Positions 1 through 12,500 of a DNA stretch of 64,000 nucleotides are shown in pieces. The notes beneath the pieces are model-generated. The model ran no database searches. It was not told the origin of the DNA and saw only the letters and a program-made list of their open reading frames with translations. Position 1 is the first letter of the stretch. Each line of letters opens with the position of its first letter. The stretch is from NCBI GenBank assembly GCA_976226885.1, contig OZ320313.1, forward strand, positions 116,002,001 to 116,066,000, given 5' to 3'. Made by a program: the position numbers and the translations under genes. This DNA comes from Iphione sp. A-MEVVRFRX5. Its lineage: Eukaryota.

Positions 1-2598
1 TGAAATGATAAGGCCACACTCTGATCAATACGCACAATAGCCTCTGGTACTGCTACAGACATCACCCCCAAAGTGTGGGAGACGGAGGACAGGGCCTGCA
101 GGAGGAGGTGCCCAATATCTGTGGTCATCTTCTTCTAGTTTATGTGTACTTCAGGGAAGATGACAAGTGGGTGTCACTAGACTGGACTGCTATGAACGTT
201 CTCATAGCGTGTCAAGGTTGGCAGTGCTGGTGCCTCAGGCAAGCCTATCTGTCCTCGATATCCGAGCTGCAATGACTCCTGTAACACACGAGGCTTGGTC
301 TATCAATTCAAAGTAGGTTCAATTTATATCGAAAACTATCGAAACAGAACGAAGCCTCCTTGACATTTTCACTTATAGTGGTATTGCATTCGCCTTCAAA
401 AGCGTGACTGCATGTACCCAAAAGAAAGTCCTACATAAACTGATAATGCAATAGTGCAAAAACAATAAAGATGGTAGAGCCTGTGACACATAGAGTCGGA
501 CGATATTTACGTTCCATTCCTCAGCGATGCACTCATAGAATCATATTTTCTTGCTGCCTTCTGGGAGTTCAATTTTAGGCAATCATTATATGTACGGTCT
601 CTCTTGCAAGAATATTCTAAAGTTTCCTTTGGAGACTGTAACGACAAGGTAAGGTACTTCTTCAACAAACGCTTGCCTAAATAACGTTCTTGTGACAGGA
701 ATACTAAACAAATGTAGCATAATATAGGTGCAGTTAATTTCTCCCTTGTAAATTCCTCAACTTACAAATGAGTGTAGCAGGTTAAGTTGTACCTTTGTAG
801 TCAATGTAGAACCCACATAATAGGTTTCCTGGTAGGAAAATCTGTATGAGAATAAAACGAGCCAGGGTCTTCTTAATTTCTTCTATGATATTCACACAAG
901 GGACAGGCAAGGACAGGCAGATACAGTGACTTTGTATGTGAGTCACCCTGTAAATAAAAGAGCGTTGAATAAAGAATTAGGTAGTAAATGCAGCAAAGAA
1001 ACCTAGAGGGATAAGATCACCTACCTATTTCTAGGTACATGTAATTGAATATCACTGAAATAGGAGGTCGAAATCATTGATAGAGCAACTGTTGGCTAGA
1101 AGAGACATATATCACAGGTCATGTAATGCCACAGATATTGGCTAGTCACGTGAATTACAAATTTTCTTCTCTGTAGACGGTTTTTATTCAGAATTCCTCA
1201 CACCTGGTTGGCCAGGGATCCGTCCTGGTTTCTACAAATATCAATCTTATGATTAAAATATATTTTATGATATTACAAAACGCTATAGAATGCCCTAATG
1301 TAAGGAATACGTCTATATGGATTTATCTTGCATTGCCATCTTGCATATAATTATAAATTGCCTTATGAAAGATAACAATACTCATTTCAGACAAACGTTT
1401 AGCATCGATGGTGCGCCATCTCTTAACCACTCAGATCTGGAATGGTGGCCAGGGTACAGAGAGAATTCATAATACCTCTGCTATCTCCATAGTGAATAAA
1501 TGTAGCTGTTTTGGGACCGATGAAATCATCATCATGTGTTTTATCTGGCCCCCTGAAATATACATGTACCTGGGGGATGATGTTGTTTATTACTGTTTGT
1601 TCATTTTCATGTCTAGAGGATTGACTCTTTGGTGAAGAAGGTTGTTCCACAGATTTCAGTACTATATCAGAGTGAATAGCTCTCCTTGACTGGTCAGCGG
1701 TGACTGTGCCCTTCTCTCATAGCCCGGCGCCTATTAGCTCCCTCTGTTGGTTTAAGCATTAAGCAATAATACACTACTGCCACCGACAGCAATTTTCCAA
1801 ATCTTCAAGATTCCAGTTACCCAACTGTTCATGAGAGTGTGGAATTAGACGCTTGGCTAATATGAACGTCAACACGTTATAGACGCTACTTTCAGCCTAC
1901 AGACATACTGGATGATGTCTACATATTAGTGTCAAGAGAACATCAACGTTTTGTTATCACTAATTTGCAATTATTTAGAAACGTTTGCATTTTGTACAGT
2001 ATCTTACTAGGTTTTGAAGCCTAACGAATGGGGACATCACATTTTGTGCACAACAGAATGGTCAGATATCGTTTAAAATGCTACAAATAAAATTACGAAA
2101 GCGTACAATGAAATTTAAAAACTTGCCTTTAAGATTTTGTTCATGAATTTTTCTGAAAAATGTAGAGAAAATTATCTGTTTTGTTTATATCAGTTTCTAA
2201 TACCGTCATCTCGGCTACATCATAATATTCGTAATCAGCCCTCAGTCAAAATTACATTAATTGGATTAGAATTGCAATCGAATCTTCATGATATTAAACC
2301 ACCCCTGGCGACCTCTTCTCTCTATGCCCCTACCATCCCCCCCCCCGAGTACATTATATTGTGTATTTGTACTGTTGTGGAAGTGCTATTTTGACCAAGC
2401 TCTGATGAAATGTGTCAGGGGTTTGCTGGGGTTTAAACCTGGGTCTCTCATATGGCCTATGCTAAACCCAGCGGTCTTATCCACTGTGCCACACAGGCTG
2501 AAGAATGACTAGACTATGATTCATTCACATATTGCAAGGGAAAAGTTTTGTTAGATGTTTCCCTTTTTGTTGAAAAATACTTTCATAAATTTATTAAT

Positions 2599-2890
2599 GT
2601 GGGGGGAGACCCCCCACACACCCTTTTTTCGCAATATTTTTGTGACTTCAATGCATCTTTAGCATGACCTCCAGAAATTTTTGCCACCTTTTCATTAATT
2701 CAATGCATCTTAAGCTGAACCTCCAGTAACATTTGCTGCTTTTCATGAATTAAATGCATCTCTAGCACTACCTCTGGGAATATTTACCACTTTTTCATGA
2801 ATTAAATGCATTTTTAGCATGACCTCCAGAAATATTCCTTCTTTTTCTTCTATAGATGTGGGGGGGAGACCCTCTACACCCCCCCTTCTT
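2599..2890. repeat. About 51-bp minisatellite (about 3.5 copies) bracketed by direct repeats GTGGGGGGGAGACCC...CAC
   Basis: Repeated unit AATGCATCT..AGC...ACCTC..GAA...TTTTCAT.AATT at 2650-2830. Flanking repeats at about 2599 and 2858. Confidence 0.75.
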
Positions 2891-3064
2891 TTCTTTTTCA
2901 AATTTCTTACTTTATTCATAATTATAACAGACCCAAGCCTTCTTAACCAGAAAGGGAGTATTGAACAAAGTTCATACATTGTCTCTTACCGAAACCTTCT
3001 TGACTGAGAAGGGGGTGGGTGAAACAATCAAGGAAGGGTGATTGAAGGGTGGCTTCACCTCATC

Positions 3065-3102
3065 TGTGTGTGTGTGTATGTGTGTGCATGTGTGTGTGCA
3101 TG
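3065..3102. repeat. (TG)n microsatellite
   Basis: Seen directly in the sequence. Confidence 0.9.
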
Positions 3103-3496
3103 ACAGCCACCTCGTCTACTAATATATCACATTTAACTCACTGGTTAGTTTAGTTGAAGTGATTTTTCAAATGTTTGAATTGAAACGGATCTTTTCTCTT
3201 TATTTATTCTATTAAACACCAAAGGTCGGTTTTCGTCCTTTACAGTAAGAGTATAAAAGATGAGTTAAAATCATTTTTTGTACAAAGTTAAAATTGATGA
3301 TAATCCATCCTTTCGTCCCGTTCTGGTTTCGCTTTTATTCCAATATGTTTTATTCCATACACAAGAGTTTTTGCTATTTTTCTCCTTTTATGCAACCTCT
3401 GTGTGAAATATATAATAATCAGCCTGTCTTGTACACACATTTACATGTATTTCCTTTTTGGCATTATGTGGATTTTCTAATAAAGGTTGTTTTGCA

Positions 3497-3568
3497 TTAC
3501 CTTTATAACCTCCTGTTAACATATCTAGTTTATTACCTTTATAACCTCCTGTTAACATATCTAGTTCA
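3497..3568. repeat. 36-bp perfect tandem duplication
   Basis: TTACCTTTATAACCTCCTGTTAACATATCTAGTT occurs twice in tandem. Confidence 0.9.
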
Positions 3569-6072
3569 ATTTGTTGGTGTCCTTAAAATAATGTTAATTG
3601 TTTATGAATTTCCTTTGTTGGAGTCAACTTATGGTAATAAAATAGTCTATGTAGCATATTGCTCATGAATACCTTACTTTTTTATATATTGCTAGCTGAC
3701 CAAATTATTTCCAGGTAGTTGTTTAATGGAATTAGTAAACCAGTGTATAGTAAATATATACAAAAGCTTTCAAATAATATACTCTTAATAGACACTGTGC
3801 TGGTGATGATACTTTCTTTATATTTTCTTGGTAGCTAGTGGGTATTTTGATCTTTAAAAATGATTGGATGGGTTTTCAAACAACTGCAAGAGCTATTTGC
3901 GGGTCTGCCTCATCATTATATTCGATGAAACTGATTCAATGTTTACCTACCGAGCCGTCGCCGAAACTTAAACCGAATGTCATAGTGTTGTATGAATTCT
4001 TTTTATAAAACGTTGCTATGATAAATCAAACGTGTGAAAATCAGAATAACGATTTAGGTACAGAGTCATTGATTGAAGAATTTATTCCTCCCCATTTACG
4101 AAAAGTCAAGGTGTTTTCATTCACATGATCTGCCTCAGACAACACACAGCTCTGACCTAGATTATGGAGAAAAGATTATCAAGAATTACCAAAGGTACTA
4201 GCGTTTGCAATGAAAGGAATCACAGACACATAACAAAGAGCAACAACTAAGCGCAAACATCGTCTCTCCCATCGTAATCTAGTGGGTCAGAGGGGCCAAT
4301 AGTACTATATGATTGTTCGTGTTGCTCCCATTCTAGAAGTTCCTCTGGTAATAATGTAGTAAGTGTATACATACCGTCTATACGGAATTAATGTTAGTCT
4401 AAACGTAAACCAAGCGTAGAATGGATAGGTAGCGTTTTCAGTGAGAAATCAAGAACTGTTCCGAAACCTTAAAAATAGAGTGTATTTTTGATGATCATGG
4501 AACACCACAGATTTCAAAAAAGCGAAGTCTCTTGGGGGTAGAATTGAATTCTCTTAATAATATAGAACTATCAAAATAGCAATCGGTCTAGCAATTCACT
4601 ACTCGTTCACAATTATAAACGTTTAGAACCCCTTTGGTATAAATATACTTTATGAAAAAAATTCACCGCTTCAGTCATCCCAGTAACAGTATGTGTAATG
4701 ATTGACTTAAAACTAATTAAGCTGTAGAAAACCATATGTAACCATCTCTTTAAATATTCTTACGTCTAAGGACACTACCATTCCTAGCATCTTCCTTGTT
4801 AGTTCTTGTGGTGTTTTGGTGTGAATACATGTACAATGTATTTGCTTAAGTTACACGGTGCAGGGTCTGAGAAATAAGTGCGTCGGAACGGCGGAAAGAC
4901 ACGTTTGCCCAAATCGCAGGAACTCCACTTTGATAGAGAAACATTGTAGATGATGTAAGGAGGATTTTTTCAAAGTAACGTAATGAAGAGGTTCTGTGAC
5001 AAGGGAATGCAGAAGTTTGAGGTTAATTGATTTATGAAAGCCACTCGTAATACTCTGTCGCATACCTGACAGAAATTAGCTCTTTTCCTTCTGTAGTGGC
5101 TTTTCCCCTTTCATGGCAGAAGGGTGAAAATGAGGAGAAAGCATCATAGAAGGGCATGGTCAATACAAACTTAATCATGATACGTACACTTCTGTCATTA
5201 CAAAACATCTCTCTGCAGTTTTTCTTGAGTCACCCCCAATTACTTAAACACCTCAAAGAGGTAATGAAATACTATAACTAATAGTTGTATCAGTGATGAA
5301 AAACGTGAAATCATAAACAGCTTCGCAATGAGCATTACATGCCCATTAGCCCATAAAGATATTTATGCAACATCAGGATCTGAATCTATTCTATAGCCAC
5401 AGCGTGGCCAGTTAAATACGTTAGAAATTCTAGCGGATCTGGGAAGCCCTTTCAAATCCGTCCAGCTGAACAGTGGCACTGTTGATTCTCCCTCAAAACA
5501 TGTGCAAAATGGACTGAAGTCTTCGGGTTTGTTTCAGCCGGTGTAGATCCGGACGAATTTCTACTACAACTGCACTCATAACGGCACAACAAATCGCCTA
5601 GATACGAAGACGGTAGCAGCCACAAGGGCTTGTAACATCCGGTAGCAGTCCTCAACGTGGGACTGGTTCCCAACGGGTAGAAAGGAAGCAAATTGTACTC
5701 CCGTCCCTTTATCAAATTTGCCCATTTTTTTCCCGAACGGGTCCAGCAGCACAGCGTCATGCTCTGTAGCAAAGTTGCAACGTGTTGGACCAAAACAGAA
5801 TCAAATACATGTACAATAGATCCATGGCCAGATGCATTCGTTCAATAATGCCTACAGATTCCCTTTTTGCCTATTGGTCCATTTGCTTCTGGTAATGCTT
5901 CACGAAATTATTCATTTTGATAAACAAATCAATTCCTTGCCTCGTTGTGCTGCGTATATTTGTGTTAGTATTGCCTAGCAGCACTGGACTCAGTTTCCAA
6001 ACAAACAAAACAAAAACAAAATGATCGGGTGCAATATCAGTCCAGCCCCTATCAAAGGTATCTTCTTATAGT

Positions 6073-6537
6073 TTACGCCATTATATGCGGCGCGGAGAAG
6101 AGGATGGCGAATGTGGAGACGATGGTGAACATGGTGAACATCCACAAGCACAGTCGATCGATAACCATGGCGGCAAACTTCCAGTCGTTGCAATGGTCGT
6201 CGAACTCCTCGTCCTTCTTCATCTTCTCCGTGAGGAAGCGCAGCTCACGCAGGATCTCCCTCAGCTCCACCTTGCCTGGGTACATGTGCAGCGAATTGTC
6301 ATCGCCTCCGCCGCCGCCCACGCTGCCTAGCTTGACGCTAGTGTAGTGCGGCGCGCTGTTGGCGCGGAAGTCGTCGTCGAGATCGAGCACATTGGCCAGT
6401 AAGCTCTTGGAGGAGCGCTCGCGCAATTCAAGGTCGCGCATTTTTGCATTTTGAAGAAGCTTCTTACGGCTGATTTCTCTCCCTGGGCGTTGCATTCGTA
6501 GCAACCACGCAAGCCATTCACATACACCCTTCTTCAC
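6073..6537 (-). CDS. CHRNA7-like: alpha7-like nAChR last coding exon (465 nt; intracellular loop and M4, stop TAA)
   Basis: Acceptor cacAG|GTG. Contains [15 protein letters not shown] and [33 protein letters not shown], motifs typical of alpha7-group subunits. Confidence 0.96.
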   Translation of the reverse strand: MKKGVCEWLAWLLRMQRPGREISRKKLLQNAKMRDLELRERSSKSLLANVLDLDDDFRANSAPHYTSVKLGSVGGGGGDDNSLHMYPGKVELREILRELRFLTEKMKKDEEFDDHCNDWKFAAMVIDRLCLWMFTMFTIVSTFAILFSAPHIMA

Positions 6538-9500
6538 CTGTGAATGTGGATCAGATATTTAATCTTTCGCGACACGCAAAGAAGTGTTGTACTCATGGGG
6601 AAGTTTCCTAAAGACATGTGTTTTCAAACTATTCAATTCTAATGTTTATCTTTAGTGGTTCCGTTGATTGTGATTTAAGAATGCCCAGGTAAAAAAATGC
6701 GGCTTATGCAAAGTATCAAAATTTATATTTGAGATCAACAGGATCAGGTCGCTGGATTGATCAATTTTGCTGACATTTATTGTGCCAGGATCATTTGGCA
6801 TGAGTGCATGGGCCTGTACTTACCCACTGGGGCATGTCGTGTGTGTCAGGTGTCCTGTGGTGGTAGTTTAAAACCAACACCGTGAAGACCACGGATAGCG
6901 AGCACATCAGCATGATGCAGGCAAAATACATACCTAGAACGGGAACATAACTTCAGTAGGATGAGTACAGGTTAACCGAACAGGATATACACGTGGGTGT
7001 ATGAATATATAAACCAATAGATGCCATCTGCCCTTGTGACCTTAGTTATATCAGTTGAAATCAGAGTATCCAAACTTCTACCATCTTTTTAATAAAGTTT
7101 CTTTGTCATACACATGAATAATCGAGGCGTTTGTGCTACTGTTGATGATGGCAAAATGTAATATGTATACAGGTATGGCTTCATGTCGTTTGGGCGATGG
7201 TTTCAATATTTCTTAAGTAGTTATGTAAAAAACACATGTAATTTGTCTGATGTTACTAGATGCTATAATCTTACATGATTGTACATGTACATGTACAGTG
7301 AATACTTATATAAATAACATATGAATCAGGCTGATCTGTGAAGGGCGATATATATAAATGTATAGCGAATTCCAATTATAAATGTGTGCGAAAACGAGCA
7401 GCACATAATTACATGTACTTATTTATACAACATGAGTTGGAGTAATGGATATCAGATTGCGGGAGGAGGAACCTTAGGGTGTGGAATGAAAGTGGTTGTA
7501 TTAGGTGGAGGACGCACATATGTATACAGGGAGTTGCTAGTGTGGTGCGACTTCAATAGAAGTACATGTATGTTAGTGTGTACTATACGCTAAGTCGACA
7601 AAACATCTACCAGGTAGATGCACTTAACGCTATATGTGTAATTTAACAGCTACTGTATGCAGAGGCAATATAAACATATGTTTCGGTTCAAAGCATGACA
7701 ATACCAATGTTGAAAAATAAAATCATGAAACTCAATCAACTTTGCAAAAACAAGTCTAGCAGAGGTTTTCGTGTTCGTTGCATAGGCCTAACGTTGTAAT
7801 TTTCGATACCTACCGTCTCTGACCGTAAAAGGTCACAAAATTTCTTTGGTTATATATCTGCAGCATACTGGTCAGGTCACGCGAAGGCCTTGACCATACC
7901 ATTGCCGTAGCGGCTGTTGTTATATGTCGGCTACTCGGGCCAACTACAATAGATAGGGCTTAGAGGCCTAGTCCTGGAAAGATTGGGACCGCCTGTGGGA
8001 AAAATAATTCAAAGAGAAAGAACCGGGTTCTTCCCCTTCTGGAAGCCAGCAATACCCCTGCCCCACCAAACACTATAGGGTGCCATGAAAACAAAGTACT
8101 TGGACACGGGTTACAGGTATAGGAGGTTCCTTTTCAGGCCAGAAGAGTTATAATAACAGAGTTTTGTTATAAATTCACGAAAATTAACCTTAGTCCTCAA
8201 GGTCAACACCAAGTGCATCATTTTGCCACGCCAGCATTATCCAGAAAGATCAACCTCTCACGCCAAAAGAGTCCAATAGCATCACACACCGAAATCAGAA
8301 GGTTTCTTTTCTCCCAAAGAATTTGTTATTTTGGATAAGGTATATATTGATTCAAATGGAGAACGTAGCAAGCTGTTAAATTTTAAGCTCTGGCTTGAAT
8401 AGCAGAAAAAGCTCTGTGCCACCGTATAACAAGTAGAATTCTCGAGCAATTTGGTGTTTATGACTTCCGATAAAACTGGATGGTTATGGCGGCCTCTCTT
8501 ACTCACGGACAATGACAGGGATAAAGAAAAAATGGGTAAGGGGGCGGGGGCCAGCTGCCGTTCAGTTATACTTAAGGATTGAAAAAAAAAACACAAAAGC
8601 GCTTCCAGGCTCTTCGTAAAAACGGCGCTAAAAATGAAGCCTCCAGCAGACGACATATGCGGCCTAACACTGCGTCATCTGGCGCCAAAAGCTGCCGGGT
8701 CTAGCGTAGGTCTGTGCAAAATACAGACATACTTTGATTCAAAAATGTTCGTATGTAGTATGCAATATTCAGATATACATACATAGGGATATGAACAGGT
8801 ATAAGGGAATGATGGTAAGATCGCAAAAACACGAAAGCCTTGCAGAGTTGCGGTCGATACACAGGGCGCACTTTACACGGGTGAACTGTACCTGGGAAGG
8901 ACATGCTGTCATTCTGCCGGCCTATAAACACTTGCCTATCTACACAAACTTCGAGTAAATGCGTTTCTTTCAGACCATAACATACGTAAACACAAATGAA
9001 TCGAAGGAGGGTCAAATACTGTGAAACTACCAAAGCTGAACTGGCCACTCTTCTCTCTGCGAACCCCCATGGGTGTGATTGGTGTCACTTTGTGAAAGGA
9101 TGGACCAATCACACAGAGATCCTTCGGCAAACAGTGGGACCTCTGGTTTAACGAGGTAATTAAACCACATATCGATAATTCAAGTGATTCGGTTCTCCTA
9201 TTTAGACCAAAATGTTACTTAAAACACGCATCAGTATTAAATGTACTGTTTTATAATAAGAGAAACTTGTTCAAAGCACATTGTGAATACTCGCCCTCAA
9301 AATTGTCGGAGACGGTAGATTTTAAAAAGACAGCGTTAAAATTGCTAAGTGATAGCTAATAAGTAAAAAATATACGGAGTGTAAATTATATAAAAAATAT
9401 TACCATTGCTGGAATATATATTTATAAAAATGTAGGCAGGGAGGCAAGCAGAGGCATCAATGCAAGCAGGTGGAAGCTAGTGGGTGAGAGAGCATGCATG

Positions 9501-12500
9501 CGCTTGGCAGTGTTGTGACACGTGAATAGTTGTTAGTTAGACTTGGTCCATGTTTGTCCTCATGGGCTACTCGTAGTGCATTTTGGGAAACGAGATAATC
9601 ATTTGATGGGGCAAGCCTCTCACCTATGAGCGGCACAGCGTCCGAGGTTGGGGGCATTGTTTCTGCTACCAGCAGGAGAAACACAGTGAGAGACAGGAGG
9701 ATAGTGACGCCTGGAAGAGAGAGAAGACCAGACAACTGAGTCGGGCCGGACGGCGCCAGACCTCACGTAGTTAGAAAAGTCCCGCCGCCAGACGGAGCAC
9801 AGCTTGCTCGGATATCCCAGTCTCAAATTTGTGTTGGTCTTTCAGAGAAAGAGCGTCTGTTTGTATAATAATGTACGTTATACTGCTAAAAGATATTCAT
9901 TATCGGTTTCCACAGAAAACTCTCTTAAATGGAAAGGGTACGGTGCAACAAGAGAATGGCACTATTTTTATTTTTCCTGGAGTTTAAGCACAGACGTCGT
10001 TCCAGAGGAAAGACTCCCCTCCGAGATTCCCTCAGCAAGTTGTGAGCCGTTGGTCAAAAAACGTATTGTACAAAAGTAATGCAAGTTGCACACAGATCAT
10101 GTTTACACTGCAGACAACCACAGGGCCCGAATACTCTAACCGATTTGACGCAGCTCACTGGAGGAGCGCCAGTCTGCACTAGCGCCCTCTGGTGAGTAAC
10201 CGTGTCATCTCGGACGACAATACGAGTACTGCTCCCTGGTGCGATCTAGATGTACTAATCAGCGTTAGGCTGGTTGACACATTTGACACACGGTGCCAGC
10301 CAAAGGTGATACACTTGAATCACAACAGTGTGCAGTCGTTGTATCTACAGAAGTATGTTACTTGCTACAACAAGTAGTATATATATACACAGCTAGAAAC
10401 AATCAACTACTGAATGCCTATAGCCAGAACAACAAATTCTAATCTACAGTAATATACATTTAGATATACAGATTTCAATTCAAGCGTAATGCGAGTTAAA
10501 TATTACGAGTAAGGATTTTAATACTGAATTAGAAGACATAGTACTATCCAGTTAGTTATGTCGGGAAACTATTCGCTACACTTCAGGCTACTACAATGGT
10601 CAATTTCATAAAACTGTCACAAAGACTAACATTTGCGCACGTTGTTAGTTATTTACATAGTTATCTCCTACACGCTCACCAAGGTATATGTTTTCAACCT
10701 GATCTATTTTGTTATTTGCGTGCAACTTCGTTTAGTCGGTTATCCAGTTATTTACAATCGAAACATGGCGCACAAAACTAAACATTCCTTCGGGCTGTGT
10801 TTTGTCTAAATCGTGGAAACATTATCCCTTTCTGATGGACCTTTTCATTAATTACACATAATTACACGTTATACCCTGCAGATTCTTCGTCAATTAGGAG
10901 AACAAAAGGAGCGTATATAACACCAATTATTGCTAGCGTTATCAATTGTGATGATAATAAAAGGCATATCGCATATTTCGATAGAAGTATTGCACGGTAG
11001 GACATTTTCTCGTGCATCATGTAAGTCAAGAATACATAATCCAAAACTCGATACAGTTGACAAAGGTACAGGATATATACGAAGAAATATCTATATTTGA
11101 AGTGCATATAAAAGGTTCGTGAACAATAAATCAAATTAGTATCAACAGGATGTGTGTCATCATTTAAAAGTGCAATACATGAACATACTATATTTTGTGA
11201 GAACAGACCAAGTTACTCTGATTATGTATAAAGTTATATTTTAAATGGAGTAATTCTAATTGTGCATTCTTTGTTTCATCTCTCACAACAATAGGGGAGA
11301 TGACTTTGTTTAAACACCTGTGGCCTAATATGCATGTGTATCTACCCCTGGGCTAGGGCAATTCGAGCTCATTATTATACTGGCAAATTCTATGTACCAT
11401 AATAATTTTATAACAGATATGTTGTGTACAGGTCTGTTTGAAAAAAAATATGCTGGTAACATTCCTTTATAACTTCCTGTATGTCGAACACAACCTTTCA
11501 TTAAAATGTTTTATATGAAAATGTACTTCTTTGAGACGGGCGCAAAAGGCGTTTGTAGGAGTCTATAAAGATTTGTCTACGTATTTAGCAAAACAACTGA
11601 ATTTTTCGGTTTTAATTAAGTGGTGACAGATTGTCAGTCATACTACTGCAGTATAGTGGGTGTTTGCCTTTTCCAGATCGGGTCTCCTCAAATTAGAATG
11701 GGCCACTACTGGGACTAAGGCTGGGCTTCAATGTGTCTGATTTGCAAAAAAAAAAAAAAAAAAAGGGGGGGGGGGCCCTGTGTAAGGGGAAAACATGGTA
11801 TCATAAGCAGGAACTAAGCTTTTCCATGTGTCTGGTATGTGTATCCATGTCCATATGTCTGAGGTCCAAAACAAGCAATGTCCATGAATTTTCCCGTAGA
11901 AACAGATCCAGACAGAAAAACTGATGAGTAGGGTACGAACATGATGGTTTACATCAGGGCCCAGGCTATTAGATTATGAAAAAGTACCTAATTTGCATAT
12001 CATTTGCATAAAGCTGCATGCGTATTAAGAAATTTAAGGAGAAAGTGTCACTATTTGCACAGTAATTGTTCTGTTTCAAGATACATGTATTTACGGAAAA
12101 AAAGTACGCTCTTTATATACACAGTTATTGTTCATTTTCAAGAATTTAAGGGTGAAGCCACACAATTGAGTTAATACTCAGTTTACCTAACGCACATACA
12201 CACATGGATATACATGGAAAAGGCCAATCAGTGATTGTCTGAAACTGTCTGGGAAATCAAACAAAACAGGTCCTGTATATATAGAAAAATACCAGATACA
12301 AGGAAACCCAGCCTTAAATAGAAAAAGACGTATTGTGAACTGCCTGACAATACTCCAAAGGCAGAGAGTAACGCAGAATTGTACAGGTTTATAGACGAAC
12401 GATTTAAAACAAAAGGTGCTTATGTTTCAATCATAATTTAAGTGCAGAAAAATTCTTTAAAATCATTTTACATGATAGCAAGTGTAGTATAATTTATATC

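Noticed and set aside
6029-6527. Plus-strand and alternative-frame ORFs overlapping the last nAChR exon
   Set aside because: Shadow ORFs of a GC-rich coding exon.
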